The notes below the pieces were generated by a model. That model worked only from the letters and a program-made list of their open reading frames with translations, did not search any database and was not told where the DNA came from. Made by a program: the position numbers and the translations under genes. 64,000 nucleotides of DNA from Lingula anatina (lineage: Eukaryota > Animalia > Brachiopoda), in contig CM120640.1 in assembly GCA_051362555.1 (NCBI GenBank), forward strand, positions 56,212,788-56,276,787, read 5' to 3'. Shown piece after piece: positions 1 to 13,600 of this stretch; position 1 is the first letter of the stretch; the number at the start of each line of letters is the position of its first letter.

Positions 1-467
1 AAATAATGGCTGACAGGATATATAGATGGGCTTTTTTATAGTTGTTGTTTCTGCCGAATTGCAGTCTATTACACAACAGTACATAGTGTTGCATCTGGGC
101 TGCATCAGTCACACTTTGAAATCAGTATTGTCCCTCAGTTTGAGGCATGTCGCGCTGCTAAGGACACAAAATTACAGGTGTCCCTTACAATTAAGTCTTG
201 AGTGTGAATCTGAAACAAAGTCATATTGTTTACTTGGTACATGTAGTTAGGTGTTCTAAGACGCCTGTGTGCAGACACTGGTGTGTTGGAAGGGGGGAGG
301 GGGAGATTGTGAAAGTTTTTTGTGTCTCCCAAATTTCTAAAGAAAGGGCCCCTCTGTCCCCCCATGCTTTGTATGTGATTTCTGTATTGTCTTTGAAGAC
401 AAAATTCCTGGTGCATAGAGTTTTCCCCTTATCACTCAAAAATTTACCCCATTTCATGCAGAATCGT

Positions 468-694
468 AGAGTGCATTCGCAGAGATTTAGATCGATCCAG
501 AGATTTAGATTTAGATCGACCTAACTCCCTGGGGGTTCACGCTAAATTGCAGTCAGCCGAGCGCGCACCATAGTTAATTATCCCCTTACAGCTTTTAGTA
601 GGCGGGACAGACGCTTAAGCCGGCTAAGCTGGCAGTAATCTAGTGAGACTCCCCACAGGGATAGATCGATCTAAAATCTATGGGAATGGGGTCT
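468..694. mobile_element. Non-autonomous TIR element (Harbinger-like MITE), family also at 26252-26488
   Basis: Imperfect TIRs containing AGATTTAGATCGATC ... GATCGATCTAAAATCT; internal sequence recurs in inverted orientation at 26252-26488. Confidence 0.7.
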
Positions 695-919
695 AACCGT
701 CTTATACTATTTTAGGCTTGCATGATATCATGCACTGCTGTCAGCCTCTTTTTAGGCTGTCTTGGTTGATGCCCACAGGGTGATTGCATCCACAGGTTAA
801 ACCATTGCTAGTGGTTTCTGGACTGATTCAATATTTACACCACTGACACGTACAGATAAAAAATTTAATTGAGCAATTATTATGTCTTCCATTTTTTTAT
901 TTAATATTTTGCTCATAAG

Positions 920-1144
920 GGTGCTATAATTGGTATTGATGATGAAGATGACAGTACATTTACCATCACTGTAGACCAGAAAACCTTCCATTTTCAAGGT
1001 AATGGATTATCTAGAAAAGATTTCAAGTAATATTTTTTTCATTCTAAATTTTTAGACATTTGAAGATGGAGCATTCAAGCATGCATTTATGGATAATGTA
1101 CTTCTATTTATTGTTCGTGCATGCATGCCTGCATATGTACGACC

Positions 1145-1180
<36 letters not shown>

Positions 1181-4100
1181 TTCTCTCTCTGTGTGTGTGT
1201 GTGTGTGTGTGTGTGTTAAAGGAGAAAAAGATACGTTGTGTTTGACCTTATTTGTTTGCCAGGTCATTTCATTGTTGTTGAAGTTAATCTGATTTAACCT
1301 ATATTGAGGTATCATTTGTACTGCACCTCCACGAGGACACCTTCTGAATCATCCATTGGAAATTTGGTTCAATAAATGTTTGATCCTCTCTTCTGAATTT
1401 CATTTGTTTAGTGTGCATCGTAAAACCTGTGCCTTTCATTTGAGTAATTTATTTATTATTATTTTTGCAAGTCATTTCCCTTAATGACATACACAGGCTA
1501 ATATTGGTTATGTAGAAGTGTCTGCTAAAGTAATACCAATCCAGTGCACAGTATTATCATCCAGTCAATTAGCTTACATGTGGATCATATTCTGATCAAT
1601 ACACAAGAATAAATGGATGTCTAGTGCATAATATATATATGTAATGTCTTTTGCTTCAGCTCGAGATGCTGAAGAACGTGAGCGGTGGATTGGAGGCCTG
1701 GAGGAGGCTATTCTCAGGCACACACAGCCACTGAGTAAGGTAAATAAAAAAGAAGAGAAATTTCCTATTGTGAATCACACTGAGTGACTCACTGTTGCAT
1801 TATCTTGGTTGAGGCGCAGCAAATTATGCATCATCATTCCTGTTAACAGAAATTGCCATTGTTTGCAGTGGGAATAGAATTAAAAAGGTATTTGATAACT
1901 CAATTTATATTTTTTGCATGTAGAGGGCCATTTTAGTCTCATAAGATGATTTTAGTTTAAATTATTTTAAATTAGTATCTAGGGTGAGTGTGAAGTCCAA
2001 TATTTATATATTAATGGCATTATTTCTTCAAGTCATTTTGAGTTGTTTTTGTTTATAGCAGAGGGAGTCAAAGCACATCCCTAGTACAGCAGAATTTGAT
2101 AGCAAAGTGGCAGAGACAGATGCTTACTTGCAGTTGTTGATAGATCAGACCAAGGTATGGTATGAATAGGTTCAAGGTGGCATAAGTGGAGATACCCTCC
2201 CCTCTTTTCCAAGCCAAAATAATAGATTCAGCTATGTCTCTTTCTAAGAATGGGGGTTGGGGAGGGGTGCTCTTTTGGGGTTAGTTGCGGAAAATGTTTC
2301 CAATGTGCACCAATTTTGAAAGGCACCAGTTCAGGTAGGGGGATAATTTTTTTAAAGTTTTGCTTCCTTGATATCATTGATCTGCCAGTGAGTAGCTAAG
2401 TATTTCCATTGATAGGTCATTTCTTTCTTTCTTTTTTTTTTGTCTGTTCAAGATACTGTGTTTTTTAGAATGCTGTTTTGTATTTGCCAGTGTGGTCTTT
2501 ATAGTAATGCATTTTTTAAAAATATGTGATACTCAGAATAGGCCTGAATAGTGTATTGAAGGTTGTTATTATACACACAATTACATGAATGTTTAAATAT
2601 ATGGAACTTGGTAAGGTTTGTCAGTACTATCATTTTATTGTGACATTACTGTGAAAGCAATCAAATGGTTTTTATTTAATCACAATAACACATATAAATG
2701 GGTAACTATGTGCCTTGTTATCCTCAAACTTGTATGATTTCCTTTGAGAGGGGATATAAATACAGTAAATTATGTCATCAATATTATATTTATTGAAAGT
2801 ACTAAAATTTTAGCTCTACCTTCATATGATAAAAAAACTAGCAAAACTGTAGTAAAAGTACTTTATGTTTAAATGTATGTATTTATCCCAATTTTGTTAA
2901 GTTATACTGTTTTCTTACTAACCAATTTTTTTTAATATTACAGGCTTTGGATGAGAAGATTGAGCAGTGTGATGACCCAGCAGCCAGAGAGAAATACAGT
3001 GTCATCAAAGTAGCTGCAGAGGTAGACACATTCATATGAATACGAAGATAATGATTTGTTTACTTAGCTAGTTTGATAGACCTTATGAATGATACATGAA
3101 AATGTACCGTGTGTTTTAAAAGTATAAAGTTGGTCATAGAATATTTTCTAAAAATGATCTGTTACTCCTACAATTTGTTAATGGAGCTTGCATCCATGTC
3201 TTATATCTTGTATTACTGTCTAATTTTAGACCATGATTGAATCTATCAAACAGTCCATAGTGCTTTTACAGATGTCCAAAGTGAGTACAACAGCAGCTTT
3301 AACGATGCCCTCTTTATGTATAATGTCAGCAGTTTCAATTTCTACTACAGTTTACCCTACAGCATCTAGAATAATTTGGTGGCTTTTTGCTTCTGTATTT
3401 TTAATAGATACTATTAAATAAATTATTGCATTGGCTTTTTAACTTTCCAAAATACTGGCATTTTCCAGCAACAAATAGCTGACCAGGCCATGGTGGAGAA
3501 TGGACCTTTAACACCTCCATTACAAGCAGCTGCAGGGTCTATAGGTAGAAAAAGTACAGTATCTAGAAGTACCTGCTCCTTTCAAAGCAAACATTTCAGT
3601 TTGAAAGTTTCTTTCTGGGAGAATAAGTATTAATGTATATTGCAATTTCCAGGCCTAGACTCATTTTTATATATTATCAAAGGGGTCACATTCTGCACTG
3701 TAGAGTCACAAAAGTTCTTGGAATATCTGGAAAAAAAAATCAAGTTTATAAAAATTAAGAGAGTGATGAATATGTGATTCTATGATTTTAAGACTAACAT
3801 TGATGTGTAATGCTTATAACACTTTATATATTTGTATGTAAATATTTGTTTGTGTGTATATAAATTCTCTGAATGTGGCATGGTATATAAACTGTATGGA
3901 TAGTTGAAAGATTGAGATGTAAAAAAATTTTTTAGAACTTACAGTTAAAATTTTCTCATCTATTCAATTTAAAATGTGTTTTCATCAGGAGCATATTTGT
4001 CTGTTTAAGTTCCTCAATATAACCCCCCAGTTTCATTAATATCTCCCACTATAAGACATAAAGAGAACCCATGGATGCTATTAGTTATTTGTCAGACCTA

Positions 4101-7100
4101 TCTATTGGTGTTCTGTCTCTTTCAGAACATTCACTGTCTTTTTCAAAGTTCTTCCATTCTTCTGCCTCCAAGTTGGGTAGTTCTCTCTCTACATCTCCAG
4201 CAGCATCCACAACTGAGCTGCCACCTATTGGTCCTATGCCAAACTCAATGGCTACCAGCAATGGTATTGATGTACCACCCCATAATACTACTACATCACA
4301 TTCTTGGCCTGCATCTAGTGGAGGCTTAGGTAGTCACTTGGCCTAATGTAAAAGTGATTTTTATCAAAATACATTACCTTAGTATTACCTGGACTGAGGA
4401 ATTTGGTGTATTTTTTACATGTGATAACATGAAGAAATTTCATAGTATTAGATTTGACTAATGTTTAATTTTGGTAATGGGAACTGTTTAGAAGAAAATA
4501 TAGTTGTCAATTTCAAAACCCTGAATGTTGTTATTTGTGTTTTGTCATTTATAAACTTACTGTAAGCCCTGTCTCTGGTACTCTTGTCATTTTCATGATT
4601 GATTAGATATATATCCAGAAAGTTTCAGAAATTCCCATTCCCTTTTCAGAAGAGAATGGCATATCACCAGCAGTAGATGCATTGTTAGAAGAGGAGGGTG
4701 GGGATATGGAGCAGGATGGCAGTGTGGGGGCACAGTCACATATGATGTCAGCATACTCCAATAGTGACATGCATGTTCCACCCAGAGTAATGCCCATGAC
4801 ATCATACTCCAGCAGTGAGGATGAGGAATTCTATGATGCAGAAGAACTGGAGAGGTAAATAGGATAAAACAGCATAGGCTATAAAGATTTTAAAGCAATT
4901 CTTACATTTTATTAGCACTGGAAGTTTAATACAGACATTGCTTTGTCTAGACTCATAAAGGATGAACTAATTTTTTTCCTTTCTAAAATAGAAATATATT
5001 TAGTAAATTTCCATATACTTTTGCAGGTCTGCTACTGAAGATGAACCACCAAAAGCTGAGCCTGTTCAAGTCATAGCTTCCAAAGATGATTATTTTGATG
5101 GTAAATATGAATGTTGAAATTTACATTTACAAGAAAATAAAATTAAATGATGCTTTAGTAAAACCATTGTTGAGTGTATGACATTCCATATGTAAAAAGA
5201 TGTCTTCAGTAAGTTTCTATGCAACAATGTCTTTTACATAAAATTCTGCTTGTATTTTCAGAGCTCTATGATGAAGTCGATCAGGAAGACTGTAAGTGGT
5301 TTGATTGGTTTCCTGTCCTTGTACTTTACTAATCATCAGTCCCATTGAGACAATGAAATATAATATTGAAATTTCAACATTGTATACTTTATTTTAAAAA
5401 ATTACATTTGTAGGGAAGTAGTTAGCTTTTAAGTGTTATAAGCAATATGATGGATGTACTTAAGATATTGAAGCATCTTTCACTAAGAATGTCATTTTCT
5501 TTTTAATTTTAGTGGGCTCACTTGAAGGCCAAGGGAGTATTGTAACTCACTTATTGTCCCAAGTTAGAATTGGGATGGATTTAACAAAAATTGTCCTTCC
5601 AACCTTCATACTAGAGAGGCGCTCCCTATTAGAAATGTTTGCAGATTTCTTCGCTCATCCAGATTTATTTGTTGGGTAAGTAGGTAAATCTACCATAATC
5701 AGGTTATTTTTACTTTTATTTTCAAATATATGAGAACTATTGATAAAATATACCTAAGCTTTTAAAACAAGACAACTAATAATTGCAGTAGCATGAAACA
5801 TGTGATATCCCTTTATATACACATTTGTTTGAGTGTGAAGTATACTTCATGAAAAACAGCAGTGCAGATGTTGTTTATTTAATCTGCTCTCTCTGATTTC
5901 TATGTCTTTTAATTTTCAGAATTGTTGACTTTAAAGATCCCAAAGAGCGAATGATTCAGGTAGTGCGTTGGTACTTATCAGCCTTCCATGCAGGCAGGCG
6001 CAGTGATATTGCAAAAAAACCATATAATCCTATAATTGGAGAAACCTTCCAGTGTTTTTGGGATATCCCTAATATGGAGCCTTCAGATGTAAGTACAAAT
6101 AAGTGTAATCTTTATCATCCTTCTGACTCAGAAACAGATTGGTGGCCTTTGTGACATTGAGATTAAGTACCAATTATATCATCAAGACCCACATGCATCA
6201 TTTTATGTATTATTCAGATTTAATTATTTTAGATAAAGCATCAGTTTGTGTTGTGAGGGAACTTGTTAATCAGATGAGGGAAAGGGTAAGATGGTATAAA
6301 GATGCTCTTAATCTTTGCTAATAGTGTTATTTATTATGGCTGATACAAAACTTGCATACACCACATTCTCAGGAGGTCTCAGACAGTGGGCCTGTGCCCT
6401 GGGTTCACAAGAACAACCTGGCTTTCATAGCAGAACAAGTGTCCCACCACCCTCCAAGTAAGTAGAACTCCATGGATTGCACAGGTTCCCCAGTTGTACC
6501 CCAACATTTGTGTTAAAGTTCACAATAAAAGTCAACATCATAGAGTCAACACATCAGTATTTTTGGTTTAAACCATCTTAAGTGCAGCCCCCCTATATAG
6601 CACACTTAGCCAATCTATTGCCATTGTCAAAAATTATGGAGAAACAATTTAATAATTCTTTTTGCTCCAGTATGGGGTATGTGTTAACTTCCAGTCAATT
6701 ATTTATAATGGAAGACCCATCAGCAAATGTTTTAAATCTTTTGAGTCTGTATATAACATATGTGATTTTTTTTCAGTTTCAGCCTTTTATGCAGAACATC
6801 CAGGCAAGAGGATCAGTCTTGATGGTTACATTTGGACTAAGTCCAAGTTCTTAGGGCTGTCGATAGGTGTCTACATGATAGGCCAAGCAGTCATATCAGT
6901 ATTAGACCATGATGAGGAATATGTGCTCACATTTCCTACTGGATATGGAAGGTAAGTGGAAGCTATCAGGTTGGACCTTTGGTCTCATTTTTAAAGATTA
7001 GATGGTTATATTTTTGATTGACTAAGATAATGTAATGTCATTTAATACTGGGTTCATAAGATAATAAAGAAAAATTATTTATTATACAAAATTCTATAAA

Positions 7101-10100
7101 TGATGATATTGAAATATTACCTTTATAATATCCATGTTTTACAGCCTTTCATCCATGTGCATTTTTGGGATTTTGAATTTTTTGGTTCCTAACAAATTTC
7201 AATACAATCACTGACCATTATGGATTTTTGTGTTTTTTTTATGTTCTAACATAAAAAAATTAATTTGATACAAAAAAGGTTGTTATAGTGCTGGTAATTA
7301 TGAATAAAAATTCCAAGCACCAAATATACAGCAGCTGGAATTGTATGCTCCACTGAGAGCTGAGATCAATATGGCATTGAAGAGATCCATAGAGACAACA
7401 CATAAATTGTAAAACTGGCCAGTATTGTTTATCAAGGATACTTATCTTTACTACCTTTAAAATGAGATGACTGTTTTATAAATAGCACTGATAAGTAACA
7501 TTTGGTATGACATTATTGTAAAATCAGGATCAAAATAAGTTATATCTGTTTTCCTAACAATATCTAGGTCCATTTTAACAGTGCCATGGATTGAACTTGG
7601 TGGAAAGGTTGGGGTGCAATGTGCCAAAACTGGATACTATGCCAATATTGAATTTAAAACAAAGGTATTAGAGGTTAAATAATTGTGACTTTTTCATAAA
7701 AAGTGTAATGATTTATATTTTCCACTCCTTAATGAATGTTTGTATCCTAGTTATAAATGGAATACAAGTAAAGTTTTTAAAACTTCAGATGATAATATAG
7801 ATTGCTGAATTAGCAGCACTGATTCATGATTGGAAGTTTATTTTCAATATTTAAAGTTTTTCTCTCTTTCAGCCTTTTTATGGAGGCAAGAAACATCAAG
7901 TGGCAGCTGCCATATTTGCACCCAATGACAAAAAGCCTATCTGTACCATAGATGGCGAGTGGAATGGTGTCATGTGGGCACAGTACAATACAGGGGTGAG
8001 TCACAGTGGGGGAGCGGAGAAGCCCTCCTATGCTGAATATTGTACACTGGAATAATGTTATGTGAACTCAGAACAATAAAGGGGTGATTTAATAGAAATT
8101 GGGAGGAGGGGAGGGGGGCAAAAACCTACATTTATCAAGGATGATGAATGGAAAATTATTATTATTATTATTTTTATTAGGTGGCCACAGTATAATTCAG
8201 GGGGAGCCATTATTTATTTATTATTTGTAAAGTTAACAGTGATCAGGTGATTTATCATTTCTTTATTCTAAACAAACCTGAGAAATTTGAATTTGATGCA
8301 TTTTGTTTCAGAGAAGTGAAAAGTTTGTGGATACGAAAAGCATGCCTATCATCAAAAAGAAAGTGAAACCGCGTACTGAACAAGGCGAGTTTGAGTCAAG
8401 AAGGTAGGTACTTAGATAAAAAGCAGTTTAGATACTTGTGCAGTACCTGGCCAGTATTGGTGGTCATGTAGTGAAAATGTTTGAGTAGCTTTAGAAGGGA
8501 ATGTTGATTTTATTTAAACCACATTCCACATTTGTCTCACCTCACTGCAGACCACTGCTCCTTATATTATTTTGTTCCTTAACTCATGTTAACTCCTTGG
8601 GCTATGTAAGAAGTAAATTAATTTTCCTCATATTGTTTAAGTATTTATACATGAAAACTAAGTATGTTTTACATGAATATTGCCTTCTTTTTCCAAGTGA
8701 AATCCATGTGTATTTTGTTTTCCCCAATCTAAAGTAATTTTTATGTACAGACACAGATGTGTCTGTACATATTGCCATCACCTGTGTCTGTCGTCGCCGG
8801 CGCCGGCGCCGTGCACTTTCCTTGTAAACACGATAAGTGGAGGGCAGTTTTACTTTTTGGCTTTATATTTACAGAGCTGATGAATATTCATAAAACGCAG
8901 GTCAAGTTCGAAAATCGGCATGATCGGGCCACTATTTTAGTACTTATGCTGTTTTTTCATTTTCCAGCATATATGCAACACTGTAAACACAATATAAGAA
9001 AAATAGATAGGCCAATTGTCATTTAACTCACAGGAGTGGTCAATCTTACTAATACGCAGGTTGAGTTCGAAAATCAGCATAATCGGGGCATTATTTTAGA
9101 AGTTATGCTGTTTTTTCAAATTTCCTCAGATTCAACTCTTAGGCATGTTAACAGTCTCATTATTGAACTAATAAGATACGTAAAAGTGTTTGTTTGACAT
9201 TTCCTGCATCTTTACAACATTGTTAGTTGATTATGTAAAAATGATGGTAAACTTGTTATCGTGAATTGTGTAATAAAGTGTCAAAAATGGAAATAAACTC
9301 ATATCATTGCAGTTTGTCAGATTCAATCATTTTCTATGTTCAGAATCTCAGAATGGAGAAAATTGGACATTTAACACTGTTGTATTGATATTTTTCCCAT
9401 CTCATCAATTTTCTTAGTTGATCATATAAAAATTGCAGTAAATTGTTTATTTTGTTTTTTGTTAAAAAAAGTGTTAAAAATGGAAATAAACCCATGTGAG
9501 AACAGTGCTGTCTTGTTTCACATTTCCTCAGATTCAATTCTTAGGCATGTTAACAGTCTCATTATTTAACTAGTAAGACATGTAAAAGTGTTTGGTTGAC
9601 ATTTCCTGCATCTTTACAACATTATTATTTGATTATGTAAAAATGATGGTAAACTTGTTATCGTGTATTGTGTAATAAAGTTTCAAAATTGGAAATAAAC
9701 TCATATCATTGCAGTTTGTCAGATTCAATCATTCACTATGTTCAGAATCTCAGAATGGAGGAAATTGGACATTTAACACTGTTGTATTGATATTTTTCCC
9801 ATCTCATCAATTTTCTTAGTTGATCGTATAAAAATGGCAGTAACCTGTTAATTTTGTTTTATGTTAAAAAAAATTGTTGAAAATGGAAAAAAAAAGATTT
9901 CAGAACAGTGCTGTCTTGCTAACATTTTGGCATTTTCAAGTTTTGACTTTGAAGTTCTATGGGTCTGAAGACCTTTGCTAGTCACATTTTCTGAATATCC
10001 ATGATACTAATATTTTATTATTAAAAATTGATGGTCATTATGCTGTTAAACATTATGTGATATTGCATCAAAATTTGAAAAAAAACCTATTTTGGGACTG

Positions 10101-11422
10101 ATGCCAAGATGACCATTTAAGAAACACCATGTCACTTACTGTTCTCATTCTTACAGGAAAGAAACATGGGACTAAAATACAGCTTCAGTAGGCAATGCAG
10201 TCTGTTTGGTAATTCTTTCTGCAAGTTAAACAGTTTTTTTGTGAAAATTTAATTTTTCACATATTGGCATTTTCAAGGTGTGACTTTGAAGTTCAATGGC
10301 TTGAAGATCCATGCTAGTCACATTTTCTGAAAATCCATGATACGTATATTTTATTATTAAAAATTGACGGTCATTATGCTGTTAACCATTATGTAATATT
10401 GCATCAGAATAGAAGAAAACACAATTATGGGTACTGCTGCCATGATGACCATTATGGGAAAATCATATTACTTATGATTGTCAAACTTTCAAAAAAGAAA
10501 TACAGGACTAAAATGCAGCCTGAGTTGGAAAAGCAGTCTAATTGACTTCTTTTTCTGGAAGTTATACATTTTCAAAGTGTGAACTTGAACTCCCATGGGC
10601 CTGAAGCCTTATGCTTGTTACACATTTTACCTACATTGGTATTACCTGTTGAGCATAATTAAAATTTGATGTTGAATTTGCAGTTTAACATAATGTACTT
10701 TTGCATCAGAATTGACAGTAGCCTATTTTGTGCATAGTTATTTCCTGCTTTTTGTCTGTACATTTGACAGCTTTGCTGCCTTGTTTATTATGTGATTCTC
10801 AATATATGTAAGTGATCTTCAGTTTATAATAAAAATACTAAACCTATTTGTTACAGACTGTGGCAAGATGTTACAAAACATTTGAAAGAAAAAAATGTAG
10901 ATAAGGCAACTGAATTCAAGAGGAAGCTGGAACAAAGGCAAAGGGAAGAGGCAAAGGAAAGGCTAGAAAAAGGATTGAAGTGGGAAACCAAGGTAAAAAT
11001 AATATATATGGATGAGTAACTTATCAGATAGACATAGGTTTTTATCTACCAATCAATTATCCTTTGTTGAAATTGTTACCAAAGAGACAATCTGAAATTT
11101 CTTTTCTTAACAACTTAAAGAAGTTATCTAATGTCTTCAGTTTAACTTAAATTTCTGGTGAAAACAGATTAAATTGCTAACCCATGTGGAAAGAATAAAA
11201 GGAATTCTCTGACAAATGTACAAGATAGCTGTCCCATAGATTTTGTTTGGATTTTTTTGGTAATCCTCATTATCACTTCCCTGTGTTTTACAGCACTTCC
11301 ATGAACAAGGAGAACATTGGCTTCATCACCGTCCATTACTGAAGAGGTTACAAGAAACAGTTACACGAAAGTGCAGACAAAACTCTCCAGAGGGAGACTC
11401 GGAATATGACTCTGCATCTTGA
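920..11422 (+). CDS. OSBPL9: Oxysterol-binding protein-related protein 9 (PH + FFAT + ORD), multi-exon, 5' exons upstream of window
   Basis: GT-AG exons approx 920-998 ([26 protein letters not shown]), 1660-1739 ([11 protein letters not shown], end of PH), 2059-2154, 2944-3021, 3230-3280, 3469-3544, 4126-4329, 4650-4854 (FFAT motif EFYDA), 5026-5100, 5262-5291, 5513-5675 ([21 protein letters not shown]), 5920-6088 ([12 protein letters not shown]), 6373-6457 (OSBP signature EQVSHHPP), 6776-6951, 7568-7664, 7873-7994, 8311-8403, 10856-10991, 11294-11422 (TGA). Confidence 0.93.
1145..1216. repeat. (CT)n(GT)n compound microsatellite
   Basis: Direct reading of sequence. Confidence 0.95.
8738..10785 (+). 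mobile_element. Helentron-associated element (HINE/DINE-1-like) with internal tandem repeats, in an OSBPL9 intron
   Basis: 5' T-run then ATGTACAGACAC-agat-GTGTCTGTACAT (subTIR + inverted repeat), GC-rich microsatellite-like GTCGTCGCCGGCGCCGGCGCCG, internal direct repeats of about 160, 400 and 310-330 bp, 3' subTIR TGTCTGTACAT, small hairpin GACAGC-TTT-GCTGCC and CTTGTT end. Confidence 0.8.
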
Positions 11423-12828
11423 TTTCAGTGGAAATCAGTCATATTAAACTAGATAATCAGACTTTTGTAGTACATGGCTATGCATATGAAATGTGCAATT
11501 GAGATAAATTTAGGATGGGATTTAGTAATTTCCACAATCTAAGTGTCAGTGCTCTCATTTAACCTGTAAAATATGAAATGCTACCCATTGTTATCTTGAA
11601 GTTGCTATGTGATAGCACATATAGATATCTTTCTTTTGAATTCACCATACAGTTATGATAAGACTACCCCATGATCTTCTACCATACCATTGGATTATTG
11701 ACTGTAGGCACGAAGTAAAGGGAGTACAAAAAAGAAAGGGTGTATAGCTGCACACCAACTAATTCATTTTTCTACAAATTCATTTTGTACCTTGATTTTA
11801 ATTACCTCAAGCATGGATATGATCTCTGCATCATCCTGATAATGATTGATTGGTGCAACTTTGCCACATAGTCAAGCTGAAAAGATATAGCACAGCATTT
11901 GTAATTTTTTCCAATCTTCATTTTGTTGTATGACACTTGCTGAAAACTACTGCCATTTTGACTTAGTACAATATAAATTGTTTAGGAGACAATGAAAAAT
12001 GAATGAAGATGCACCAGTAGCAGCATTATTTTTAAATGCTGTATCAATGCTGACTAGTCACAACTTGTTTTTATCCCTCTAGGGAAATTTGTTAAAATCC
12101 AAAGTTTGATAATAATATTTAGATTCTGTTGAAAATTTCTGAATTCTAGCAGAAAAACAACTGAGTTTCATAGAATCCAATAAGATTTTGTCTGCCGCAA
12201 TCCCCAGCAGTATTTTCCAGAACAGAGATACTGCCTTGGTGCAATGTGTCATAAATATGATTATTAAGGAATAATGGTTATGATTTATATAACTTGTTTT
12301 GTTATTTATTGACAACATGCTAAACTTAATAAGTTATTGACAACAATAGCTTGATGTTATCAAAAATACTTGAAAGCCCTTCCTCTTTGGTGTAAGTTTT
12401 GAGAAAAAGTTTTTGCCTAGCATAACTTTTAAAATGCATTAATCTTTCATACCAACATCAGATTGAACAATTCTGATGTAATGTTTTCATTTCGATTGCA
12501 AGCACAAAACGGTGCATTTCCCATTTCCAATAATCGTCTTTAGTAATGATCTCACTTCCACAGAGCAAACGACCGCTTAGACCAGTAACCCTCACGTGAT
12601 TATCAGTACAAATATAACTATCATTTCTGCAATGTCAACAAGAGTATAGGTTCACTGCCAAGATAACTTGGATAGAGCTTGTGGATATTTAGGCTGATGA
12701 GGGGTCAGAGGTCAGCAGACAGTCAGGACAGTGCATCAGCAATGGCCGTTTTTTATCCTTTTGTGGATAGTTTAATTGAGGATTATTCATGAGAACACAT
12801 TTGAGAAGCAACTTCCGTTCATGTAATC

Positions 12829-13515
12829 ATGGCCGTTCCTTGGGCTCGTGTGTTACTTACTACACTCAGTTTTTTGATGCAAGTAAATTGTCAAGGTGAG
12901 AAGGCTTTATCCCGGAAATGTCATTACTGGGTAACATTATCTGGAAATCTGAACTCTAAATTTTAAGAATGGTAAATCTGATTGATCATAAATAAGATGA
13001 CATAAAAATTGTGGGATTGGAGACGGAATACACGTGTGGTGAATTTCCCGGACGTTTAACGACACTTGCACTTCTTGTCAGTTTTCATCTCATTGGCCTC
13101 TAAAAATGTAAGCTTACATGAAAATTGTACACTTCTACTTTACGTACGTAAACCTTTGCCAGTTTCTGTTTCTTTGCAGAAAGTTCCATTCTTCCCAATG
13201 ATATCCAAAAACTTTGCAACGATAAAAATAATTTATCGTCAGTGATAGTAGATTACCAGTGTTACGTCTATAGTAACAAAAAAGTTGGATGGGATGATGC
13301 TTTCGGACAATGTAAAAATAGTGGTGGGAAACTAGCGATCATCTTGGACAACACCACTCAGAGTATGTTGGCACAAAAGGCGGATGAAATGAAAAATAAA
13401 CTCGAAACATCTTTGTGGATTGGCTTGCGTTGGCATGGAGCGAGATTTTCATGGGACGGACAGGGTAAATTTTCATGTGCATGCAGACCATTTCAATTCG
13501 CGTCGACCCCCCCCC

Positions 13516-13600
<85 letters not shown>

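Noticed and set aside
26-524. Short ORFs at the window start
   Set aside because: Inside an OSBPL9 intron, overlapping MITE remnants, no homology.
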